The position numbers were made by a program, and so were the translations under genes. Under the pieces are notes generated by a model. It was not told where the DNA came from. It saw nothing but the letters and a program-made list of their open reading frames with translations, and did not search any database. Source: Camelus dromedarius (Eukaryota). Taken from it: a stretch of DNA of 64,000 nucleotides. Positions 12,840 to 24,900 of this stretch are shown here, in pieces. Where the stretch lies: the NCBI RefSeq assembly GCF_036321535.1, contig NC_087436.1, positions 63,180,001 to 63,244,000 on the forward strand. Direction: 5' to 3'. The stretch's first letter is position 1, and each line of letters begins with the position of its first letter.

Positions 12840-14660
12840 ATTTTAAGTACATTTTGTCTTAGTGATGAGTTGTCATTTTTATAATCATAAATGTCCCTAT
12901 TTAGAAAAGTGTTTTATCCTGAAGAATATATGGTCTAATACTAATATAGACCCTCCAATCTTCTAAGATTATCTTTAATATCTTAAACTATTTCATCTTT
13001 TTACTTATTACCTAGCTATGTATTTATATTTAATATGTTTCCTCTGGACAGCATGTTGCTAGGTCGTGTTTTTTATTCAATTTTACAATCTCCTTTTTGT
13101 TTGGAGTATTTAGATCATTTAAATTTAATTGTCTCTAGTTTTAGATTAAAATCTACCATCTTACTCTGTTTTCTACTTGTACCAGCTAGTCTTTGTTCTT
13201 TTTTTTCTTTTCCTAACTTCAGTTGGATTAACTGAGTAATTTTAGCATTCTATTTTAGAGCTACTTATTATCCATATCTCTCTTCATTTTATAGTGATTT
13301 TCTTCTAGAGATCTGCAAGATGCATTTTTAACTTAAAGTACATTTTAATATTGCTGTAATCCATATACTTCAATTTTCCCCTCCTGTCCTGTGTTGCCAC
13401 TTCTACCTATATCACAAATCACATAACATTGTTTTAATTTTTCTTTGAATAATCAGCTACCATTTAAAAATAGTAGACATTACAAAAATATCTTTTCCCA
13501 TATATTCACCTTATTTAGTACTCTCTGTTCCTTTATGTATATTTAATTTTCCACTTGTATCATTTTCTATTCACTTGAAGAACTATGTTTATTATTTCTA
13601 ACAGTGCAAGTTGGCTGATGAATTTGTTTTCCTGCCAGTTTGTTTTATTAATGTCTGGATGCTCAGGCCTGGATCGTGTACTGCCACAGTGGGTACAGCC
13701 GCTTCTTCCGTTGCTGCTTCTTGGTCTTCAAGTTCTCTTCCTGCTCATTGAGCCAGGGTTGCATGGCACCAGTTTTTCATGGGCCACAGATCCGGGGGCA
13801 TATACTTATTGCCCTTAGAGAATTTCCTGATGTTCTCTTTCTGAGTCTGGTTAGTGATGGTGAAAACATGAGAACAGGAGCACTGGATTTGGAAATAACT
13901 TGGATCTTGGAGATCCTGGAAACCGCGCCACCTGCCACTTTAGCGACTCACAACTGGGACAGCTCCACCTTCAGGTCCTCCAGTTGTTCCAGCAGCTCCT
14001 CCTTGCAGCAAAGGTCTGGAGCCTTAATCTCGGCCATTGCTGTACAAGCTGCTCCCGCTGTCTTCTGAGAAGGAAAGAGGAAGGGGTGGGGCTGACCTCC
14101 ACAACTACTTTAATTTTTTTAGGTTTTTTATTCTTAAAATAGTTTTATTTTACCCTATTTTTAAGATTGCTGGATATAAAATTAGAGGTAACTTGTCTTT
14201 TTTATTTACATGTGTGTTTCTGCTCTTTAAAGATACAATTCTGTTTTCTTGTCTTACATTGTTTCTGGGAAGTCTGTGGAATTTCTTATCTTCTATCTCC
14301 AGGAAGGTATAAATCTCTAATTGCTTTAGGACTATTTCTATCATTGGTTATTAAATATGTTGTGCCTCGCCATTTGTCCTATTTCTGTTTCAATGAGCCT
14401 CCTGGATTTTTAATTTATTGATTTTATAAAACTAAGCCATTATTTAAGTTGTTTTTGTTGCTCTTTTCTGCATTCCCTTTTTTCCCCCTTCTAGGTCTTC
14501 TAGTAATCACAAAATTGCTCCATTTGCCGCTTAATTTTTCCCCTATGAAACAGGATCTTTCATTTTCTCATATTTTAGTTTATTTTTTCCATTGAGCCTC
14601 AGTTTGGATACTTTCTATTGCTATATTTTCAAGTTCACATATCTTATCACAAGCATTATT
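12840..14660 (-). mobile_element. Old L1 ORF1/inter-ORF/ORF2-start region, interrupted by the RPL35 retrocopy
   Basis: Antisense ORF1 C-terminal motifs lie on both sides of the pseudogene (ORF track ...LILYPAIL; minus-strand cttgcactgttagaaataataaacatagttcttcaag). Confidence 0.65.
13630..14108 (-). pseudogene. RPL35: Processed pseudogene of ribosomal protein L35 (CDS remnant 14037 to 13663)
   Basis: Minus strand reads [45 protein letters not shown]...TNQTQKENIRKFSKGNKY...[18 protein letters not shown], matching RPL35 ([39 protein letters not shown]...). It is intronless, with a 5'TOP tract cttcctctttcc, AATAAA after the stop, a premature TGA and frameshifting indels. Confidence 0.97.
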
Positions 14661-14680
14661 TAATTCTTACTTTATATATA

Positions 14681-15715
14681 TGACAGAACCAACTAGAACC
14701 CACAAACCATACTTGTATAAGGCTTTCATTTAAAGGCAAAGGATATGGTACAGTGAGACAGAGTACAGGAAAACACTGGAAAATGAAGTAATGTCAACAT
14801 GCAAGTACACCCAGGCTTGTACTGGAGCAGGGTAGACTGTCTCCAGCTTGAAACAATACCTATGTTAATATCTAAGACAGGAATCTTGGCTTTGGAAGAA
14901 CTCAAAGGAAAATACTTTCAGTACGTACATTTAAGTCCCCCTGGCCACCAAATCAAGCCAGCCTTTTCTAGTTGGTTACACTGTATTAATCACGTTTTTG
15001 TTTTGTTTTGTTTTTCCATATTGTATTGTGCTTTGAAATCTTGTTGGGGTAGGGGTCTAGCTGGCTGGGGAGAGATTGCTCTTCCCAAGACTAGCTAATT
15101 TCCAAGATACCAATTCCACTGTGAATACACCTTTTGTGTGCAAACCATCCAACCCCAAGTTATACCTTCAATACCTCCTTTATCTCTCCCCTGCTCTAAA
15201 TTATCCCAGAGCCTGGTACCAGACCATTAGAGATTACTGCTATAGCCTAGAGCCCACAGACATTATTCAGACTGGCCAGTTCTAAGCTGTATGCCTGCCC
15301 TGTCTTATGTCTCCCATAGAAAACTTAACACTAAAGGTCTAGGTCCTGCTTTCTTTGTTCCTTCTGCCTCATAATCAAATCTGGTGCTTCTCCATGTAGA
15401 CCTGCATGGCATGGTCCCCTCCTCTTGAGAACTTTAAGTAATAATTCTTCTCTCAATGGCATTGACCTCTTTGTGTTTCCACTCAGTCAACTCCATAAAT
15501 TAAAATTCTACAGGTACAACTGGGACATAAGCCATCTGCAAACTTTTCAGTAAAGAAATTGACTTCTTGGGTTGCCAAGAAAGTTTGAGTCCTTAAGCAG
15601 CATATCAGAAATTCCATGGATCCTACCTTGGACAAGAATTAAAACCAGGTATCTGTGCATGCTCAGAGATAAAAATAGAGCTTTTCCTACTTAAATAATC
15701 AACAATATCCCTACA
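14681..15715 (-). mobile_element. Probable old LTR split by a MER74-like LTR (pieces ~14681-14981 and ~15528-15715)
   Basis: Minus strand starts tgtaggg (15715) and ends ttctgtca (14681), giving TG...CA termini; family not identified. Confidence 0.4.
14982..15527 (+). mobile_element. ERVL-class solo LTR, MER74/MER73-like
   Basis: gctcttcccaagactagctaatttccaagat, tgcaaaccatccaacc, cctggtaccagaccattagag and tggtgcttctccatgt...cctcctcttgagaact follow the recalled MER74 consensus; TG...CA ends. Confidence 0.8.
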
Positions 15716-17904
15716 ATTCAAGCTTTAACTCTTGGTCAGGGTTTTGACATTATAATTTGCTCATGGTTATTTCTTTTCTGATATCTTTTGTACAATTTAT
15801 CAAATATAAAAAGCAAAGAGATACTGATGAAAATAATAATCATTTGTGTCCAATGAGATGCATATATTGCTTTAAAGAAACATTTCAGTTTACCAGAACA
15901 AAGTTTTTAATAATCTTATAAAACCTTGAAAATTCTTTTATTTGGATTTCTGAACTTTATGAAAGGTATCAATAGAATAACTCAATGTAACAATTAATTG
16001 ATTAGTAACTAAATCTAGTTCTTCTACTGGCCAATAAGCTTCCATTGAAAGAACTTCCTGTGTAGGTTTTAATCCACTTCTCCAATATATTTGATCCTCA
16101 GTATCAGTGTTATCATTGGTTTTTATCAAAATTAAACTTATACTATCAAACAGTATTACCCCAAATAGCAACGAGAATATGAATCAGACTGAGAACATTA
16201 CAGAGTAAGTCAGAATTATAACAGTATTTTCTGTGCCTTCTTTTCTCCCATTTGAGCCTGCTTTACTTGAACAAACATATTGAGTTTACATTTTCTCTGA
16301 ATTTCTCATTTTAATACCACACCAGCAATAATCTTTGCAATTTCAGATGAAGGTTATATTTTGTTCCCACTTGACCATGTTGTCCATGAAATTACATGTT
16401 CCATTTTATCAGATACAATTCTCAATAATATTAAATAACCAATGGGAATATTTTATCATAGGAGAAATTTGTGGTTAAATGGCCACTGGAAGATACTTCC
16501 TTTCTTTTCTGGTAATATACAGATGTTAAATGTCTACCTTAGAAAAAGTGCCCTAAAACATTTGAACTCATTTTTCCTTTAAATCTATTTGCTCTGCTAG
16601 TCACTGAGAAATCAATGCTAAAATTTCAACTTTCCATATGAATCTTTTTTTCTATTGCTCACTGTACTGTTTATATAAGACAAAATCATCTTTTTCCTGA
16701 ATTTCCTAGTAAAATTTTAATTTTTAATTTTTTCTAGAATATAGGATTCTTCATTTTATTTGTATTAATGGTAAATTTCTTGAACTAATTTAATGGTTTC
16801 TAGAGAAGGGTAACTTAAAATGCAATTATATTCATAGCACAGTTTGGGTATTTTACCTTCCATAAGGATATTATTTAGGGAATCCTAGCTTGCTGTAATG
16901 AATTTCCTCATTTTGTGATGGAGGACTAAAAATATGTTTTAAATAACTCAATCAGCTCATTCTCTTAATCAATCAACATTTATTAGGGATATAATATGTA
17001 ACAATTATTCAGTAGACATGATATTCAGAGATTAAAGTATTCGTCTCTATTCATTTAGCACACAGAGTACTCTAGATCCTTTCATATAAATTATTACTCT
17101 GATTCATTTTTCTTACAATTCAGCAAAGATAATGATAAATGCCTGAAGAAACTTATTTTTACCCCCAAGGAATAAATTAATGAGAAATTCTCATAAACCT
17201 GTTATAGTAAGGATTTCAAGAATAACACATGCTACCTTATTTATAGCTATAATTTATAAGCTTTTTAACCAAAATTTATTCACCTGTGTAGTCCTTCTGC
17301 TTTTTATATTTTTTTATTGGGTCTTTACCAATTAGTAAAATTTCCAACCGATGCAATTATTTGTGTTAACGTTATAATACAAGGTTAGGACATCCAAATA
17401 CTAACAATTTCTATATAAAAAGTAAATGTGTAGATACGAGTAATGTTTATTTGTAAATGTTCTTCACAGTACTTCTATATAACATAAAAATTTGAAAAGC
17501 AATTATAATACTGAAATGAATTTGAGAACATAAATACAAGGTATTAAAAGTCATAAACTACAAGGACATACCCTAGATTCCCACTGCTGTCACAAATAGA
17601 TCCCTTGAACTGAAAACTGAAAAGCGACTGAAATGAATGTATCCATCCATTTTGGCTAGCCAAGTGGTAAAGTTTTTTTAAATTCAGCTTATTCATGATT
17701 TTCATATGGGTTATCATTTTCATTGCTCAAATGCAAGTAATCTAATAAAAATTACCTAACCCAACTTATGAATGCAAAAGGCATTTATGACAATTTGAAT
17801 AAATTATATATTTTAATAGACAAAAATAAAATATTTTGTACACTAATACTTCATTTTCTCTTCATGAAGTAAGTAAAGGGTAACAATTTCCTTTTAATTT
17901 CAAC

Positions 17905-20900
17905 ATTAGAGTTCTGATTTCAGCTGTAATAAGAGCTCAAGTTATCAAAATTGTCCTTACAACACTAAAAATTACTGAAATTCAACAAATTTTCTTGGAC
18001 TTCTCAAAGAACTATGATCACAGAACCAATGAACGTCACAAATTCTGAAGGAAGACTCAAATCTGGAGTCACAGTAGAGATCTGCTAACCTGAAGCAGAA
18101 GCCGCTAGGGCCATAAACTGAGAAGACGACTTAAATGGGAATTTAACAACTTGATGGAGCCTGAGTGTGGATTAGTATGAGAGTGAGAAACTCCTGGGGT
18201 AGGCAGTTCCCCACAATTTTGTGGGTTTTATCTCACAGATTCATTGGTTTTACTTTGAGTAACTTCATAAGCATATGATGGTAAAGAGCAAAGACAATTC
18301 CTCTTCCCTGCTCCCTCATGGACTGGGAAGGAGAGCACTATAAAATGGGCAGAATATTCCTAAAAGCAAATGCTTAATCTCCAGGAGAAAAGACTTCACA
18401 GACTTTTCCCACTAAGGAAAGTCCACTTCTCCCACTCCAGATAGCTCAAAACCTCCTGTTTCAAATAAGAAACATAAAAATCAAAAATAGGATGACCAAA
18501 AAAAGCTATTAACATGGGTTAAAATAAAAACAAAAAAACTTCAACAGATACTTCACCAAAGAAGATTTACAGTTAGAAAATATGCATACGAAAAGATGCT
18601 CATTTTTTTCCCTAAAGATGCTCATTACCCTTCCCTGATAATATTTTTCATTAGGGAAATGTAAATTGAAATAGTAAGATACCACTGTAAACCTAGTAGA
18701 ATAGCTAAAAGAAAATTTAAAAATTATATTACCAATCACTAGCTAAATTGTGGAGGAAAAGGGACTCTCATTGTTTTCTGATCTAAATGTAAAAATGGAA
18801 TAACCACTTTGGCAATTTCTTACAAAAATAAATATGCTCTTAGCCTACAATTTAGCAACCATGTTCCTGAGTATACATCCAACAGATTTGAAACTTTCGA
18901 CACACAAACTGGCATGTGGGTATCTATAGCAGCTTTATTCATAATCATCCAACATTGAAGTTAACCAAAATGCCCTTCAGTAGTTGAAAGGATAAATAAT
19001 ATTCCATTGTATAGGATATATATCTAAGTGATGGAATAGTAAAAAAGGTCAATGACTTAAAAAAATGAGTTATCAATTCACAAAGAGACATGTTGAATCT
19101 TAAGTGCATATTGCTAAGATAAAGAACCAAGTCAGAAAATGCTACATACTGCAGGATTTCAATTACATGAGATTCTGAAATAATAAAAAATGATAATCAC
19201 ATAAGAAGTCATCAGGGTTTTGAGGGAAGGGGGATGGTTGTATTGATAAAATAAGATTATTTTATGGTAGTGGATCTATTCTATTTGACACTGTAATGAT
19301 TGATATATTTCATTATGAAGTTGTCAAAGTCCATATAACTCTAAAGAGTTAGGTATACAACATTTAAAAAAATTGAGGAGGTTGGGGGATCCTAGAATGC
19401 AATGCAGTATGTTACAAAATAATCTAACTATTACAAATTATATGAAACAACCATACTGAATGGGATGGTGAAAAGATGCAGACTTAAGTCTAAGTCATTT
19501 GGAATGAGTTGAATCGGTAAGACTAATGGCTATAAATAAATTAAAATATTTGGTCATAACCACTGTACTTTAGTCTGTAAACCTATTTCCCATAAGGGTA
19601 CAAGTTAACAATTCAGATCCAACTATACATGTACAGATCTTCCTCAACTTACAATGGGTAAAATCTCTATAAACTGTAAGTTGAAAATATTAACTCAAAA
19701 TGCAGTTAATACATCTAACCTACCAAACATCACAGCTGAGCCTTGCCTCCCTTAAACATGCTCAGATCGGTTAGATTAGCCTACAGTTTAGAAAAATCAT
19801 CAAACACAAAACTTATTTTATAATAAATTGTTAAATTGCTCATGTAATTGAATAGTATACTTAAAGTGAAAAATCCAATGGTTGTATGGATACAGGATGT
19901 TTGTAACCGTATCGGTTGTTTATGCTTGTGATCTCACGGCTGGTTGGGAGGTGTGGCTCACTGCCTAGCATCACCAGAGAGTATCCTACCGCATATCGCC
20001 AGCCTAGGAAAAAATCAAAATTCAAAGTACTTTTCTACTAAATGAGCATCATTTTCACCATGCTAGGCCAGGGATTGTCTGTATTGTGTAACTGGTTGTA
20101 AATGAATGACGGATGATGAGAGCCACTGTTTCACTATCGAAGTGGTACTTATAAGTAAGAAATGAAAAAAGGCTTGAATAATTCATGTGGAAATGAGTTA
20201 GACATGGTGATACCAATATGAATTCATTTTTAGTTGAATAGAGAAAAAGATGGTAACATTTTATTTATATATATATACCTATGCACAGGTTAGTATATAC
20301 ACATATATTTATTTCCTTACACTGTCACCTGAGAAGGCCTGAAGGTAACCACAACCACACCTAGAGCCCACATCTTGGTTTCTAATAACCATCTTCAACA
20401 AAAGGGAGCAAGGTTCCTTGGAAGAATGGTTGATTCTGGAACTGAGGCAGGAAATATTCAAGATGAGCCTGGAGTGTCTTGTAGTGCCAGAAAGTAAGAT
20501 AGTACTCAATAAACAAAACAAACAAAAAACCCAAAAACCCTATGTTGATGTGGGTATGTTAAAAGGACACAGAAGCCAGCTGAAAGATTTCCTAATGCCA
20601 AAGCTGAGGCAATTTGAGCAACATTAATAAAGCAGTATTGGATTATAACCCAAGGTATAAAATAAATACACAAGTCCATACTGAGGGTCATAATGATTGA
20701 ATGAATGAATGAGGCAGAGGAAACAAACCTCACAAGCACAGGAGAATTTCAAATAACTTGTGTGGATATTCTGCCCTCAAGGTAGGAGAACATAATTATC
20801 CTCTCCTTAAATTTGTGCATTTTGACGTCCTTTCAAAGAGTACAGTATGAAAGGGCACAAGGATGTTGCGGGGAAGGGGAGTAACACTGCAGTGAGAAAA

Positions 20901-21505
20901 CTGAAAAACACTGTCTCAGCCAGGTGATCAAGTTTACCAGCTACAGCGATATGTCATCTTGAGAGCATTTTCTCTTGATATGTGATGAAATGTCACTTTA
21001 CCCCTGCGATCTTCCTTTTAAAAACACATAACCCTAGACTAATCATAAGGAAAATATCAGAGCAATTCCAACTGAGGGAGAGTCTACAAAATACCTACAC
21101 AGTACTCCTTGAAACTTCAGAGACAACAAAATTCTAAGGGATTATCACAAGCTCACAGGCAGAAAGCCTAAGGAGACATAGGGAATAATGTAATGTGGTA
21201 TCCTGAATAAAATGTTAGAACAGAAAAAAGGAATTAGGTAAAACTAATCAAGTCTCAATAAAGTATGGACTTTGCTTAATATATCAACATTGGTTCATTA
21301 GTTGTAAGCAGCATAAATTACGAACATAATTTACATTTCTTATACATTATAATATACATTATATATAGTATGTTGATATATAAGACATAATCATACATAC
21401 AACATCAATAATAGAGGAAAATGGGGGTGAGTCATATAACACTATACCATATCCACAATTTCTTTCTAAATTGAAAGTTGTTCTAAAATAAAATATTTAT
21501 GTTAA
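17905..21505 (+). mobile_element. Old L1 (L1MC/MD class): 5'UTR-like segment (~17905-18480) joined to the ORF2 3' end and a long 3'UTR
   Basis: aacagatacttcaccaaagaagat, gcagctttattcataatc and the long 3'UTR (cttggtttctaataaccatc, gagcctggagtgtcttgtagtgccagaaagtaag) ending ctaaaataaaa; the 5' part resembles 36770-37100 and 43190-43700. Confidence 0.8.
19634..20081 (+). mobile_element. Tigger5/MER47-family TcMar DNA transposon fossil inserted in the L1 3'UTR
   Basis: TA-cagatcttcctcaacttacaatggg...gggattgtctg-TA; internal ctaacctaccaaacatcacagct and attagcctacagttt match recalled MER47/Tigger5; TA target duplication at 19632-33 and 20082-83. Confidence 0.88.
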
Positions 21506-21919
21506 AAAGGTTTCACCACCATATTATGGAGTTTTTTAAATAACATCAATACTTGATATGCAGTAATAAATTGTTTAGCTAATAAAATGTTTACATAGTG
21601 TTACATAATGTATACTGTTAACTATCCTTTACATTTCTGTAATACATTTCAATTCTTTTTGCCATAAAAAAAAGACATAGTAGAAATCCATTTAAGTTGA
21701 ATTCACTTAAATTTTTAGTTGTAAATAGTAATCATCATAAAGTGTTACACTGTATATATTTATTACTATTGATTCATATCCATGCCAGAGTACCAATACA
21801 GAGTAAATAAGTAAATATTTTGCTGAAAACACAAAATTTTATTCAGTTCTCTTCTCTTTCATTGTTATTTAGAAAAGGTAAACATAATTTTCTGTTTAAA
21901 ATAAAGTTAATAAAAATCT

Positions 21920-22380
21920 AGGTTCTCATCTCTATTATCTATTGTTATATATCACACTGCCATAAAACTTAATGGTTTATACAACAATGAAAATATTTCT
22001 CATGAATTGTTTCATTGGCTGAGTGACTGTGGTCAGCTGGAGGGTTGGCTGGAATAGAACATATAAGATGGACACAATCACAATGAAGGATGGAACTGGC
22101 TGTTATTTGGTACACAACGTGGCCTCACATTTTCCATCAAGCCTGTGGCCTTCCATACGTGGCCATCTCAGGGAAATGTTAAAGATGGCAAATCTGGAGG
22201 CTGACTCAAGGGGGTCTCGAGGCCTAGACTCCAGAACTCACACAGTATTAGTTCCATCACATTTAGTTGAGCAAAGAAAATCACAACGCCTGCCCTGCGG
22301 TTGGACCAGCAATGCCACATTACAAAGTGCCGTGCATACTGGGCTGGAAGGAATTTGTGGCCACGAAGCCATTTACCACA
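21920..22380 (-). mobile_element. MaLR solo LTR (old MLT1, J/K/L-like)
   Basis: aaaacttaatggtttatacaac at the left end and ccatttaccaca at the right end; ggcctagactccagaactcacacagt is a typical MLT1 motif. Confidence 0.75.
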
Positions 22381-22479
22381 CAGGCATCAAGTACACTGAT
22401 GGAGCACATGAGCAGGGGGATTTCTGTTGTGATGGTATTGTTTCTCACAGTTTTCATCTTTTTGATCATCATTTCCATC

Positions 22480-22605
22480 ACCAACTCTAATGTGTATTGA
22501 GGTTTTCCTATTAGCAGGACACTCTGCTAAGCATGTCCTAACTCATTTGAGTATAACAAAATTTCTGCAACATTGACAGTGTTATTCTCATTGTAAATGG
22601 TTGTA
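22480..22605 (-). mobile_element. MIR fragment
   Basis: tattgaggttttcctattagcaggacactctgctaagca...tattctcattgtaaatg resembles antisense MIR. Confidence 0.55.
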
Positions 22606-22761
22606 CTGTACCTGTTAGGAAAACAGTTTTATTTTAGTTAATTCACTGATTGCAGTTTCTACCATATACTAGAGACAGGGATGAGGGTAAGTTAATTTCT
22701 CTGAGCTTCGGAGTTTAAAACTGATAAAATTAGATTGTTGCAATAAAAATTAATGTCACTT

Positions 22762-22964
22762 TGAGATTTGCAAATATTAACTACTATATATAAAACAGAC
22801 ACAAAGAAATTTCTTCTGCATAGCACAGGAAACCATATTCAATATCTTGTAGTAATCTATGATGAAAAAGAGTATGAAAATGAACATATGTATGTATACG
22901 TACGACTGGAACATTATGCTGTACACCAGACATTGACATACTGTAACTGACTATACTTCAATAA
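22762..22964 (+). mobile_element. Short 5'-truncated L1 3' tail with perfect 17 bp TSD
   Basis: aaaaattaatgtcactt at 22745-22761 and 22965-22981; the body has tgcatagcacaggaaaccatattcaatatcttgta and tgctgtacaccaga, ending in caataaa. Confidence 0.92.
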
Positions 22965-24449
22965 AAAAATTAATGTCACTTCCAGTTCTTGATATTTATG
23001 AATGCATTTCTATTGATTGAGTATCATGAGTCATATTTGCAAATATATTTATAGCAACTGATGCTTTTATTTTCATGGCTCTTCCCTTTGTTGTTCTCAT
23101 TGTTGAAAAATATTTAAAATAATTACATGAAATATTGCATATGGTTGAGTTTCACACTGGGAGAAGTTGAACTGCAAGCAGAAACAATTTCATGTTTACA
23201 ATTTTTACACTAAAGAATTTCCAAATCAAATAGCCTGTGGAAAATTAGAAAATGTTAGCCCTCTTAGTAGAACTTTGATCAATTTCAGCACTGCTATCTT
23301 CTCCATTTTTTTTCTCCACCCAGTCCTGCCTGTTTTAATGCATCAATCCCAATTTAGATTTAGATATCATGAAGATTTAGATAATAAATATTGTTTACTT
23401 AGTAGTTTAATGGACTTCAGATATTCTACTCAATTTTGAAAAAAATTGTTTTATAAACTACTTTTAAGTAGATGCTTTTCTAGGTTCTCCATATATTCTT
23501 AGTTCTACAAACATTTCAACAAGGTAAACATAATATTCCTCAATTAGAAGACTAGCCACAAGCTAAGAGACTTTATAGGGCTTTACCAGGACTCCATGAC
23601 TAATTGAGATTAAAATTTATCTCCAATTCAAAATAACCATTTTATATGTAAGAAAGATGAAGTATTTTAAGTTTTCAAAATAAATATTTAAAGATTCCAA
23701 GCATTCACAATGCACATATATTTAAGCTGTAAATGTTACCTCTTAAATAAATATAAACAGCATCTTCTAAGAATTTGGCAATATTTATTTATTCTAGACA
23801 TTATCTCCAAATTCATTAACAAAAGTAAGACATATAGAGGAAGTAAATATTAATGTTGTTTGTTGTATTTTCAGTTTAAATGTTTCATGATCAGAAATTA
23901 GAGTAGATTGCATTTAATAAAGACTATAGTAAAATATAAGATATATCAACTATTTCCAACCTTGTTCAATATTAATTATGAGTATTCAATAACAATATTT
24001 AAATATTTTTAAATTCCCTAAAGGTGAAAGATCCGCTACTCTTATAGTCCAAATTACATAATTTATGTAATGAAGTTACATTATGACTTTTAATGAAAAC
24101 TGTCCAGTGATGTTGAAATAGGAAAAACAGCTATGGCATAGAGATAAAACATGATTTGCTATCAATTGTTAAAAGCTGAAGCTGAGAGATGAGTACAATA
24201 GGGGAATTATGCTCTATTTCTACTTTTGAAAGGACCTGAATATTTAAATAATAAAGTAAAATGTGTTTAGTCCTTGCACATGGCATGTGTATTTAATGTC
24301 TTTACTACAGATCAATAAAAAGTTATTCTAATTCCTTAATTGGAACTTGAATTATACATACTGATTTATGACCAAGCATTGATATTTAACCTAATCTCAA
24401 GTCATATAAAAAATGAAAATCAACACTGTCTGAGCTATCTATTGTCACT

Positions 24450-24900
24450 GTCTCCTGGAATCTTTCATCCTCCTGATCATTTAATTCTGCTACCACTGAT
24501 TACTATTCTCTTAATCCATATCCTGTGGATAAATTTGACGGTACCCCTAGAAGCCCAGGGAGTAATATGTGATAGATGGTAGATCCATCAAGTCATTCCA
24601 TTTTGGGGCTACAGAGATCAGCTCAGGGATTGGTATGTGCCTAATTCAGGCCAATTAAGAGGGAAGAATTGTGTGTAAGTCATCAGATCCTCCCTTACAT
24701 TGTAAACTGGATATTGCGATGATTTAAACCCAGGACTTTTGGGTAAAAAATGCAAAACTTGGGAAAGGATTCTTGTGACCCATTTGAGTCCTGAAAAATA
24801 TCCCCACCTGAAGCTATACCTACCCTTATACTCTTATTATGTAAGGCAGTAATGCATACATTCATTCAGATAAAGGATCATTTCTCTTGCAACAAATCCC
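24450..24900 (+). mobile_element. Very old LTR remnant (LTR16/LTR33/MLT1-like)
   Basis: cagggattggtatgtgcctaattcaggccaat, tttgagtcctg...cctgaagcta and ctcttgcaac motifs. Confidence 0.45.

Noticed and set aside
13585..14142. Overlapping plus-strand ORFs (77, 130 and 80 aa)
   Set aside because: They are antisense shadows of the RPL35 pseudogene.
15938..16171. Minus-strand 77 aa ORF as a possible exon
   Set aside because: No recognisable homology, no convincing acceptor-donor pair and a non-ATG start.
22023..22490. 155 aa ORF
   Set aside because: Lies almost entirely within an old MLT1 LTR, starts at GTG and resembles no protein I recognise.
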